Origin: a virus
Taxonomy: Duplodnaviria; Caudoviricetes
Strand: one strand, 5' to 3'
Virus record (IMG/VR): IMGVR_UViG_3300020044_000238
Coordinates: 1-29,334 of that record
Length of the DNA: 29,334 bases
Under the pieces are notes generated by a model. That model made no database searches. It was not told the DNA's origin and saw only the letters and a list, made by a program, of their open reading frames with translations. This document shows, in pieces, positions 16,993 to 25,361 of this stretch. Numbering within the stretch: the stretch's first letter is position 1; every line of letters starts with the position of its first letter. The position numbers were made by a program, and so were the translations under genes.

Positions 16993-18861
16993 ATGACTTC
17001 TATTGCAACACCGCCGAAACTGCAATTTTTCGATGCCAACGGGAACCCCCTGGCAGGCGGAAAGTTGTACTCGTATGCAGCCGGCACCACGACCCCGCTT
17101 GCCACCTACACCGATTACGGCGGTGGCACGGCTAACTCTAACCCGGTCATTCTTGACTCTCGCGGCGAAGCGAACGTCTGGTTTGGCACCGGCCAATACA
17201 AGCTCAAACTGACCGACGCCGATGATGTCGAGGTCTACACCGTCGACAATCTCAACGGCCCCGACGCGGCCACCTTGGCGGTTCTGGCGGCATCCTCCGG
17301 CTCGTCACTGATCGGATACATCAACTCCGGTAGCGGCGCCACTGCGCGGACGGTGCAGGCTCGCTTGCGCGACATGATTTCCGTCAAGGACTTTGGTGCG
17401 GTGGGCGACGGCACGACAAACGACGTTACCGCGATTCAAGCGGCGATTACGGCTGCGGCGGCGCGACCGTCTAGCGGTAGCATTGCCGGCCTTGGCGGCA
17501 TCAGCGGCGCAACCGTGTACTTCCCGTCCGGCGTGTACCGCATCAATAGCGGCATCACCATTCCCGACGGCGTGAAGTTGCTTGGTAGCGGCGAGCGTGC
17601 CACGGTCATCAACTATTACGGCTCCGGTTCTGCGGTTGCTAACCCGACGCCGGGAACCCGTATCGGCAAGATCGGCATTATGGAAATGACCATTGCCAAC
17701 AAGGGCAGCGGCACCATTGGCCTTGATCTTAACTCGGTGTCGTACTCCGAGTTTACGTCGCTGTGGATTGACAGTTTCACGACTGCCGTCAAGATCAGTT
17801 CGCCCACGTCTGGCTGGTCGGTCTATAACCGTTTTTACAATGTCACGGCTAACACTTGCACGACCGGCTACTGGCTCACCGGAACGTCATCGAACGCTCA
17901 CACTTTCTACTCGTGCCGTTACAACACCGATACGGTGAATTCCGGTGGCATTGGCTGGAAAATTGAAGACAGCAACGGCAACCAAGTTATTGCTTGCCAC
18001 GGCGACATGGTGTCCAACACCACTTATTTCGCCAAGTTAACGGCCTCAAGTGCAAACTTGACCGACGGCAATATATTCTGGGGCAATCGTATCGAGGGCG
18101 ACGGTTCGTACACGGTATACGGATTTGATGTCGGCACCAACGTCGGATACACCGTCATTGGTGGAAACTATTACACCGCCATCACTCAAAGCCGCAATTT
18201 GACCGACAACGGAACCGGCACCAACATGGCCGATCCGTCGTGGACTACCCCCGGCATTAGCGGGTACTTTCCGTGGGACGGTGTGGTCAACGGCCAGATC
18301 GTCTACAAACGCGACGGTAGCGGCGGCACTTACACGCCGTTTATGGTGCTGAACGACAACAATTCGTCGTCTGGCACGCCGGTTACGCTGCAGTTAATTA
18401 CGCAGCGCCAGACCGGGCAGTCATTTCAAGTGCTTCGAGAAACCACCGCAGCCAGCATTTCGGGTATCACGCAAGCAAATCCTTGCGTGATTACTACGTC
18501 AGCGGCGCACGGCATCACCATTGGCTCTAAGGTGGCGCTCTCTGGAATTGGGGGAATGACGCAGCTGAATGGGGTAACGACTTACGTTACTGCCACTACG
18601 TCGACCACCATTACGCTCGGCGGCATCAACTCAACGTCGTACACCGCCTACACTTCTGGCGGCACGGTCACTCCGCAAACGGTTCAGTTTGCCGTGGGCG
18701 GCGACGGCATGATTGTGCAACAGAACGTGTCTAAGGCTTTGAGTTCGCCTACCAATAACGCTTTGTATATCGGGCAGCTATACGTCGACACTAATAGCAA
18801 CGGCGCCTACATCTCGTACCGCACTGGCTTCGGCGCAGGCGATTGGAAGATCATCACATGA
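16993..18861 (+). CDS. Tailspike: virion-binding N-terminus, pectate-lyase-like beta-helix, C-terminal E1-FCCH-like insert
   Basis: QFFDANGNPLAGGKLYSY...NPVILDSRGEA; ISVKDFGAVGDGTTNDVTAIQAAI...VYFPSGVY; ISGITQANPCVITTSAAHG. Confidence 0.88.
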   Translation: MTSIATPPKLQFFDANGNPLAGGKLYSYAAGTTTPLATYTDYGGGTANSNPVILDSRGEANVWFGTGQYKLKLTDADDVEVYTVDNLNGPDAATLAVLAASSGSSLIGYINSGSGATARTVQARLRDMISVKDFGAVGDGTTNDVTAIQAAITAAAARPSSGSIAGLGGISGATVYFPSGVYRINSGITIPDGVKLLGSGERATVINYYGSGSAVANPTPGTRIGKIGIMEMTIANKGSGTIGLDLNSVSYSEFTSLWIDSFTTAVKISSPTSGWSVYNRFYNVTANTCTTGYWLTGTSSNAHTFYSCRYNTDTVNSGGIGWKIEDSNGNQVIACHGDMVSNTTYFAKLTASSANLTDGNIFWGNRIEGDGSYTVYGFDVGTNVGYTVIGGNYYTAITQSRNLTDNGTGTNMADPSWTTPGISGYFPWDGVVNGQIVYKRDGSGGTYTPFMVLNDNNSSSGTPVTLQLITQRQTGQSFQVLRETTAASISGITQANPCVITTSAAHGITIGSKVALSGIGGMTQLNGVTTYVTATTSTTITLGGINSTSYTAYTSGGTVTPQTVQFAVGGDGMIVQQNVSKALSSPTNNALYIGQLYVDTNSNGAYISYRTGFGAGDWKIIT

Positions 18862-19193
18862 GTGTAACTGCTGCTGTACTGATTCCGGCCAAGACGGCGG
18901 AGAACTCGCAGACGACGCAATATACGTCCGCGAGCGTCACCACCATCATCGACAAGTTCACGGCTACGAACTACAGCGCCACGGCGGCTACGCTCTCGGT
19001 CAACCTTGTGACGGCGGCTGGCTCGGCGGGTAACGACAATCTGATTGTTAAGACCAAGACGCTGCAGCCTGGGGAATGCTACACGTTCCCCGAGATCGTC
19101 GGCTCGGCGCTGGCAACCGGCGGGTTCATTTCGACCATTGCAAGCGCGGCCTCTGCGATTAACATTCGCGCCAACGGGCGGCAGATTACATGA
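18858..19193 (+). CDS. Small structural protein (111 aa)
   Basis: ATGA-coupled start at 18858; beta-rich (TTIIDKFTATN...YTFPEIVG). Confidence 0.75.
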   Translation: MSVTAAVLIPAKTAENSQTTQYTSASVTTIIDKFTATNYSATAATLSVNLVTAAGSAGNDNLIVKTKTLQPGECYTFPEIVGSALATGGFISTIASAASAINIRANGRQIT

Positions 19194-19639
19194 CCGACCA
19201 CGCACGCGAGTTAGCCACGCATTTTCAGCAACTCGGGCTTCCCGAGGATGCGTCTATGTGGCTGCTTGATATGTGGCACGTCATTCAGACGTTCGACGAC
19301 ATTGCCGACGGCGACCCTGTGACGCGCCGTGACCTTGATTTGACCATTTGGAAAGCGTTGATTGCCATGCCGGCCAACACGTTCTATCGGCGTTTTGCCG
19401 CAGAATTGCAACCGGTGGTGGCGACTGCGTTTTTCAAATGGAAAGCATCCGACGATGCGGAGCGCGGTGGACGGGCTGATGCCAAGTCCTTCGTGTGGCG
19501 CTCGTCCTATTACGACGTTGTATTGTTAGTGATTCTGCTGTGTCACGGGCCGGTTGCGGCGATTGAGAAAGCAGAGTCTGTGATGGCCCTTTACGGCGAA
19601 GATTACGCGAAGTACCGCGAGGAATTTAGCAATGCCTAA
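19190..19639 (+). CDS. Hypothetical helical protein with DDxxD motif (isoprenoid-synthase-like)
   Basis: HVIQTFDDIADGD; coupled to both neighbours. Confidence 0.7.
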   Translation: MTDHARELATHFQQLGLPEDASMWLLDMWHVIQTFDDIADGDPVTRRDLDLTIWKALIAMPANTFYRRFAAELQPVVATAFFKWKASDDAERGGRADAKSFVWRSSYYDVVLLVILLCHGPVAAIEKAESVMALYGEDYAKYREEFSNA

Positions 19640-20357
19640 TCCAGTAGCAGCAATCGCAATGGCGGCAAGCACCGCCTATAGCGCAAACCAAGCGGGCAAA
19701 GCGGCCAGCGCACAGGCGAAAGCGGCTGGGAAGGCGGCTGACCTGCAAAAGCAGATGTTCGACAAACAAGTCGAAATGGCTGCTCCGTACACTGGTGCGG
19801 GTGAGGCGGGAACTAATCGCCTTATGGAATACCTTGGTATTGGCGGAGATAAGTCTGCCGCAGGGTACGGCTCGCTTGGCGGCCCGTTCACAATGGAGAC
19901 GTTTCAAGCCGATCCGTTTTATCAGTACAGTCTCGGCAAGGGCATCAAAGACCTTGAGCGCACGGCTGCGGCGCGTGGCGGCTTGCTGTCTGGTGCCACC
20001 ATTCGTGGGTACAAGGACGTGCAAGGCCGCGAATACGAAAACGCCTTTAACCGGTACTTTACCAATCGAGCCAACACTCTTGCCCCGTATCAGTCTTTGA
20101 GCGGGCAGGGCGCGCAGGTTGTGGGCAACCTTGGCGGGGCGGCGCAGCGTTATGCACAGGGCGCGGGAGATGCGTACCAAAACGCAGGGGCGGCTCGTGC
20201 TACTGGTTATATCAACCAAGCTAACGTATTGAGCAATGCCCTTATGCAGGGCGCTGGCGCTTATGGGCAGTACGGCAATCCGTTTTCGCGGGCTGCGGCT
20301 ATGCCGACGCAGGCGGTTAACTACCAAGGGCCGATGTATGGCGGAGGCTTGGCGTAA
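19632..20357 (+). CDS. DNA transfer/ejection protein (P22 gp7-like)
   Basis: Ala-rich N-terminus, FQADPFYQY...AAARGGLLSGAT motif; first of a three-gene cassette. Confidence 0.75.
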   Translation: MPNPVAAIAMAASTAYSANQAGKAASAQAKAAGKAADLQKQMFDKQVEMAAPYTGAGEAGTNRLMEYLGIGGDKSAAGYGSLGGPFTMETFQADPFYQYSLGKGIKDLERTAAARGGLLSGATIRGYKDVQGREYENAFNRYFTNRANTLAPYQSLSGQGAQVVGNLGGAAQRYAQGAGDAYQNAGAARATGYINQANVLSNALMQGAGAYGQYGNPFSRAAAMPTQAVNYQGPMYGGGLA

Positions 20358-20359
20358 TC

Positions 20360-21481
20360 ATGGCTGAACTGATGCTTCCGAACTTCCTTGGCGCTTACAA
20401 CCAAGGCGTTGAGGCGCGCCGTCAAAACGCGCTGATTCAACGTCAAGAAATGGAACGCCAGCGCGCAGAGCAAGAGGCTTCTGCCCTGCGTAACTATTTG
20501 CAAGGCGCCGACCTGTCAACGCCAGAGGCGCAAAACCAGCTGCTTCGCTTTGGCGCTCCCGGCGCTGAGATTGCACAGCGCATGGCTACGATTGGCAAGG
20601 AACGCAAACTAGAGCGCAAAGCTGACCTTGACGTATTAAAAGCAGAAAAAGATCAGAAAATAGCAAATCTTAACGATATGTTAAATATTGTTACGTCTGC
20701 TAAAAATCCTGCTGCCTATGCAAACGCAATAAAAGTTGCGCAAGCAAAAGGTTACGACACGTCGCAAATCCCGCAGACGTTTGACCCCGACTTTGTTCAA
20801 ATTGCGCATGACTCATTGTTATCTGCAAAAGACCAAGCAGAATTAGAGGCGAAAAAACTTGATCGTGGGTTGCGAGAACGTGAAATTCGCGCCCGTGAAG
20901 GCGAAATTAGAGATAGGACGGATCGTTCTGTCGTTGCGCATCAGCAAGTTTCTGCAGATGGAACTGTTACAAACTTTAATCGGTATGGCGAAGTTATCAG
21001 CGCAAAATCTGGTGCTGGCAAGCCCTCTGCTACGTTTGAAAAAACGAAAGCAAAAGAGAAGCAAATGGGGCAAGACATTGGGTTTGCTCTTTCGCAACTG
21101 AAAGAAATTACGAAAGACGGTGGATTGATTGACCAGTCTACGGGTAGCGGTGCGGGACGCCTTGCTGACGTTGCCGCTGGCTTTATTGGAAATGCAACGT
21201 CTGGCGCAATCGCAATAGGCAAGTTAAAACCGATTGCTGATTTGGTATTGAAGTTGGTGCCTCGATTTGAAGGTCCGCAGTCGGACGCAGACACGCAGTC
21301 TTATAAAGAGGCTGCAGGCCAGCTTGCTGACCCAACGCTGCCAAGAGAAATTCGCAAAGAGGCGGGAAAAACCATTATTAACTTGATGACGAAACGTCAA
21401 GGTCAATTTGGTTATTCAGATCAAGAGGGCGCTATCGCTGCTGGCGATCAAGTAGACACCAACAACCCGTTGCTTAAATAA
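20360..21481 (+). CDS. Probable DNA ejection protein (gp20 position)
   Basis: Helical, charged; VPRFEGPQSDADTQSYKEAAGQL; middle of the cassette. Confidence 0.65.
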   Translation: MAELMLPNFLGAYNQGVEARRQNALIQRQEMERQRAEQEASALRNYLQGADLSTPEAQNQLLRFGAPGAEIAQRMATIGKERKLERKADLDVLKAEKDQKIANLNDMLNIVTSAKNPAAYANAIKVAQAKGYDTSQIPQTFDPDFVQIAHDSLLSAKDQAELEAKKLDRGLREREIRAREGEIRDRTDRSVVAHQQVSADGTVTNFNRYGEVISAKSGAGKPSATFEKTKAKEKQMGQDIGFALSQLKEITKDGGLIDQSTGSGAGRLADVAAGFIGNATSGAIAIGKLKPIADLVLKLVPRFEGPQSDADTQSYKEAAGQLADPTLPREIRKEAGKTIINLMTKRQGQFGYSDQEGAIAAGDQVDTNNPLLK

Positions 21482-21489
21482 GGTACGTC

Positions 21490-23859
21490 ATGGCAGGTCT
21501 TGCTGATATTCGAGACAACCCGAATTACGTCAACGCCAATGCCGCGACGAAACGGGCAATATTTGAAAAGTATTCTGCTAACGATCCTGCGTACTTAAAT
21601 GCCAATACGGCAACACAGGCGGCTATTCGACAACGGTTTGGAATAGAGCAGGCTGCCGCGCCTACTGAACAACCAACAGAAGTTCCTGCGCCGCGCACTC
21701 CGCAGCCCCCGTTTATGGGGTTTATGCCTGGTCCAGAAATGGCAATTATGCAAACTGTTCCGGTTGAAAAGCGACCGGATGTTGCAAAAACCGTGTTGGG
21801 AGTTGCTGGCGGATTAGCTGCTGGACCGCTGCTAGGAACAGCAGTACGCGGTGCTGGCGTTATGCTGCCAGCACTTTCTCGAGTAACTGGCCCTCTTTCT
21901 ACAGCATTGGAGTCCGGCGGGTTTCGTACTGGATTGGGCGTTGGGCCAGCGAACACTTTAACGACTCGCGCTGGCTTGCGGCTTGTTGGCGGTGGAACTA
22001 CCGGCGGCGTTGCTACTGGGTTGATTGAGCCTCAAGACATTGGAACAGGAACGGTTGTTGGCGCTGCCGCTCCATTTGTGCTGCCTCCAATAATGAAGCC
22101 GATAGCGGCAGGCACCGGAGCAGTCATTGACTGGGTTGGCGGTAAAGTGGCAAACGCACGGGCAAATAGGTTGATTCGTGCAACGCTTGGCGATCAACTC
22201 AATTCGTTGCGAGCAGCAATGTCGCTGTATCCTGACGAACTTCCAAGCCGCGTTGCGGCCAACATGAACTTGCCAGAGCTGCAGACTTTGCTGTCTCTTG
22301 CAGAAAAAAGTAGCCGTGGCGGAACAATCAATGCGCTCCGCACAACGGAGGCTGAAAACACCATTAACGAATTGTCTCGAATTGCTGGCGGGGCAACTTC
22401 CGAAGAGGCTCGTGCTGCGCGAGAAGGCGCAAAAGAAACATTGCGCCAAGTCACTGCGCCGATGCGAGAAGAGTCAATTACTGCCGCTAAAAAAGCAGGG
22501 GAAATTCCTAAGCTTGATGAAATGGCTGCAACGGCACGCAAAGAGGCAAGCGAAAACGTCGCCAAAGTTCGCAAATGGAGTGATTTAGTAAATAAAACAG
22601 ACGACTGGGCGCGTAACTGGGTTAACCAATCTCGCTTGGTTGAGGGAGAAGGCGGCGCATTTACTCGTCAATATGTTTCCAATCAAGGCGTTGGAGAGCC
22701 TGGCGCTCGTTTAGCAAGTCAAGCCGAACAACGATACACCTATCCCGGCCAGTTGGCGTCTAGCGGAAGGCAAACTACCGTTGGTGGGCCGTTTGAGCGT
22801 CAAGTTATTGACGAAGGCGGTGCTGTCGCTCAGCAAATTGATAAAGCCGCACAGGCATCCCTCAAAGCGGGTGCTCGCGCTCGAACTGCTCAAGCGGTTT
22901 CGGATAGCATGAAAGCGCGTGGATTGGAGCCGCTCTCTTCTGACACGTTTGCTGTAGCCGTAGACCGGCTTATGGCAAACCCAGAAATTTCAACTAATCC
23001 GGTGTTGAAGCAAGCATTGCCTCAAGTTAAAGCAATGTTTCAAGACTATGCCAACGAGCATGGAGTTGTTTCTCCGGAGGCGTTAATTTCTATCCGCAAA
23101 AATGGAATTAGCGGAATTATTCAAAACTTAATGCCGGGCGCAGATGAAAAATCGCAAAGCAGAATGGCCGCTAAGATACTAAGCGGGCTGCGTTCAACTA
23201 TTGATGATGCGTTAGAAAATGCTGGTGCAAAAAACTGGAAGAACTTTCTTACCACGTTTGAGCGGGGCATGAACGACATTAAAGGCATGGAACTTGCCGA
23301 TCAAATCCGTAAGTTGTATGTCAAGGGAACGCCAGATGCGATGGATCAAATTGTAGACTTGGTAAAAGGCGAGTCACCGGACGTAATTGAAAACTTGTTT
23401 GGTTCTGGTCGATTTAAGATTGGCGAACAAGTAGCAAAAGATATGCCGTTTTTCCGTAAATTGGCGGATCGCATTGGTTTGGACATTAAAGCAGCAGAGC
23501 AAGCAAAAAGAGGCGCAAAGCCGCTTTCAAACATTATTGAAGAGCAATCTTTAAGAGTTAGATTTCCGTTCTTGTCGAATGTGTCATCTGTAACCAATTT
23601 AACGATTGACGCTTTGGAGCGTAAATTAAAACGTAAAACAATGGATCGTTTGGTTTACGCTGCAACTTCCGGCAAGAACTTTAATGAAATATTAGACGCG
23701 CTGCCTGCAGCAGAGCGCAATCCTTTTTTGTCGCAGTTTAAGAACGCAGAAAGCTGGGATGATTTTACAAGCAACATTGTCCAAGCGGCCGGAGCACAAA
23801 TCAGTGGAACGCCGCGTAATCGGTTGGCCCCTCCATCACAAAATGCGTTGGCGCAATAA
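21490..23859 (+). CDS. Probable large DNA ejection protein (gp16 position, 789 aa)
   Basis: Gly/Ala hydrophobic segments at about aa 100-215, long helical body, ends NRLAPPSQNALAQ; precedes the lysis genes. Confidence 0.7.
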   Translation: MAGLADIRDNPNYVNANAATKRAIFEKYSANDPAYLNANTATQAAIRQRFGIEQAAAPTEQPTEVPAPRTPQPPFMGFMPGPEMAIMQTVPVEKRPDVAKTVLGVAGGLAAGPLLGTAVRGAGVMLPALSRVTGPLSTALESGGFRTGLGVGPANTLTTRAGLRLVGGGTTGGVATGLIEPQDIGTGTVVGAAAPFVLPPIMKPIAAGTGAVIDWVGGKVANARANRLIRATLGDQLNSLRAAMSLYPDELPSRVAANMNLPELQTLLSLAEKSSRGGTINALRTTEAENTINELSRIAGGATSEEARAAREGAKETLRQVTAPMREESITAAKKAGEIPKLDEMAATARKEASENVAKVRKWSDLVNKTDDWARNWVNQSRLVEGEGGAFTRQYVSNQGVGEPGARLASQAEQRYTYPGQLASSGRQTTVGGPFERQVIDEGGAVAQQIDKAAQASLKAGARARTAQAVSDSMKARGLEPLSSDTFAVAVDRLMANPEISTNPVLKQALPQVKAMFQDYANEHGVVSPEALISIRKNGISGIIQNLMPGADEKSQSRMAAKILSGLRSTIDDALENAGAKNWKNFLTTFERGMNDIKGMELADQIRKLYVKGTPDAMDQIVDLVKGESPDVIENLFGSGRFKIGEQVAKDMPFFRKLADRIGLDIKAAEQAKRGAKPLSNIIEEQSLRVRFPFLSNVSSVTNLTIDALERKLKRKTMDRLVYAATSGKNFNEILDALPAAERNPFLSQFKNAESWDDFTSNIVQAAGAQISGTPRNRLAPPSQNALAQ

Positions 23860-24089
23860 TGGACCAGACACTGCTCAACTGGGTTTACGGCGGCGTAATG
23901 ACTGCTCTCGGCTGGTTTGGCCGTGTGCTATGGGAAGCTGACCGAGAGTTGCGCCAAGACCTGTCCAAGTTACGCGAGGACTTGCCGAAACAGTACGTCG
24001 CTAAAGACGACTACCGCGAGGACGTGCGTGACATCAAGGCAATGCTTGAGAAGATATTTGACCGGCTAGAGACGAAGGCCGACAAGTGA
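23859..24089 (+). CDS. Small single-TM plus coiled-coil protein (lysis region)
   Basis: Hydrophobic N-terminus, YVAKDDYREDVRDIK...LETKADK. Confidence 0.75.
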   Translation: MDQTLLNWVYGGVMTALGWFGRVLWEADRELRQDLSKLREDLPKQYVAKDDYREDVRDIKAMLEKIFDRLETKADK

Positions 24090-24235
24090 TGGACGTTGTA
24101 GAACTGCTTATCAAAGCATGGCCGGTTCTATTTGCGATCATTACCTTGATTATCGTGTTATCGAAACTTGACCTGCGGGTTGCGGTGTTAGAAGAAAAGG
24201 TTAAGGCGTTGTTCGACTTGGTGAACAAGAAATGA
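24089..24235 (+). CDS. 48-aa single-TM protein (absent from the ORF track)
   Basis: MDVVELLIKAWPVLFAIITLIIVLSKLDLRVAVLEEKVKALFDLVNKK; TGATG and ATGA coupling at the two ends. Confidence 0.8.
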   Translation: MDVVELLIKAWPVLFAIITLIIVLSKLDLRVAVLEEKVKALFDLVNKK

Positions 24236-24492
24236 ACTGGGGCGAAATCCTCAAGATGGTGATACCGATTCTGGTGGTCAGCATTGGCTGGCTACTTGGG
24301 CAGGTGTCCTCGTTCAGCAATCGGCTTATAAGCATTGAGTCCAAGATGCCTGCGCTAATTACGTCCGAAGGCGTCCCGACTGATTCGCCGTTGTCTGCCG
24401 AGAAGCGTGCCAAATTGCGTGAAGACCTGCAGCGCGAGATTAACGACTTGAACGTCCGCCTGCGCCTGCTCGAGGAGCGCGAAAAGCGATGA
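24232..24492 (+). CDS. Small single-TM plus coiled-coil protein
   Basis: MVIPILVVSIGWLL TM segment; C-terminal heptads. Confidence 0.75.
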   Translation: MNWGEILKMVIPILVVSIGWLLGQVSSFSNRLISIESKMPALITSEGVPTDSPLSAEKRAKLREDLQREINDLNVRLRLLEEREKR

Positions 24493-24965
24493 TGCCGTTG
24501 ATTCAGACCCTGCTCTCTAACGGGCTAGGGTTGGTGGCAAACGCCGTCATGGCGAAGGGCAAGGAGTTTGTTGAGGACAAACTCGGCGTTAAGTTGGCCG
24601 CTGATATGCCGCCAGAGCAGATTGCTCAGATTAAGATTGCCGAGATGGAGCACGAGGAGGAGTTGATGAAACTCCGCCTTGAAGAAAACAAGCTCAACAT
24701 TGAGGCGTTCAAGGCAGAGGCGGCTGCGGTCACGGATCGCTGGACTGCCGATATGTCGTCTGACTCGTGGCTCTCCAAAAACATCCGGCCTATGACTCTA
24801 ATCGCCATCCTTGCCGGCTACTTCCTGTTTGCCTTCATGTCCGCCTTTGGTATGGAAGCGAACGAGTCGTATGTGACTCTGCTCGGTAACTGGGGACAGA
24901 TCGTGATGTTGGCCTACTTTGGTGGCCGCACGGTTGAGAAGGTCATGGAGATGAAGACCAAATGA
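24489..24965 (+). CDS. Holin (3TM / GTA-type)
   Basis: DMSSDSWLSKNIRPMTL followed by TM segments and AYFGGRTVEK; upstream of the endolysin. Confidence 0.85.
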   Translation: MMPLIQTLLSNGLGLVANAVMAKGKEFVEDKLGVKLAADMPPEQIAQIKIAEMEHEEELMKLRLEENKLNIEAFKAEAAAVTDRWTADMSSDSWLSKNIRPMTLIAILAGYFLFAFMSAFGMEANESYVTLLGNWGQIVMLAYFGGRTVEKVMEMKTK

Positions 24966-25297
24966 GTCTCGTTGCTGACCAAGCGGCGTTCCTGCTAGAC
25001 GCCTGCAAACTGATCGCCAAGGCTACCGAACTCGGCTTCACCGTCACGGGCGGCGAACTGGCTCGAACCATCGACCAGCAGCAGATTTACGTTAAGACTG
25101 GCCGGTCAAAGACGATGAATAGCATCCATATCAAGCGATGCGCCATCGACCTTAATTTCTTCAAAGACGGCAAACTGGTTTACGACGTAAAGACCTTGGC
25201 GCCGGTTGGCGAATATTGGGAATCGCTGCACCCAAAGAATCAGTGGGGCGGCAAGTGGCGCTTTGTCGACGTGCCTCATTTCCAAAGAACCGTATAA
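24962..25297 (+). CDS. Endolysin, peptidase M15 family
   Basis: RTIDQQ...SIHIKRCAIDLN...WGGKW..VDVPHFQ zinc-binding motifs. Confidence 0.9.
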   Translation: MSLVADQAAFLLDACKLIAKATELGFTVTGGELARTIDQQQIYVKTGRSKTMNSIHIKRCAIDLNFFKDGKLVYDVKTLAPVGEYWESLHPKNQWGGKWRFVDVPHFQRTV

Positions 25298-25301
25298 GTA
25301 T

Positions 25302-25351
25302 TTGTTACAAGCGATTGTTTTGTGTTAAGTTCTCTTTGGGAGCACTAACAC
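25302..25351 (+). promoter_or_regulatory. Putative promoter (extended -10) overlapped by an imperfect inverted repeat
   Basis: TTGTTA (25302-07), 18-nt spacer, TGnTAAGTT (25323-31); GTGTTA (25322-27) / TAACAC (25346-51) arms. Confidence 0.45.
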
Positions 25352-25361
25352 CAGAGGACTT

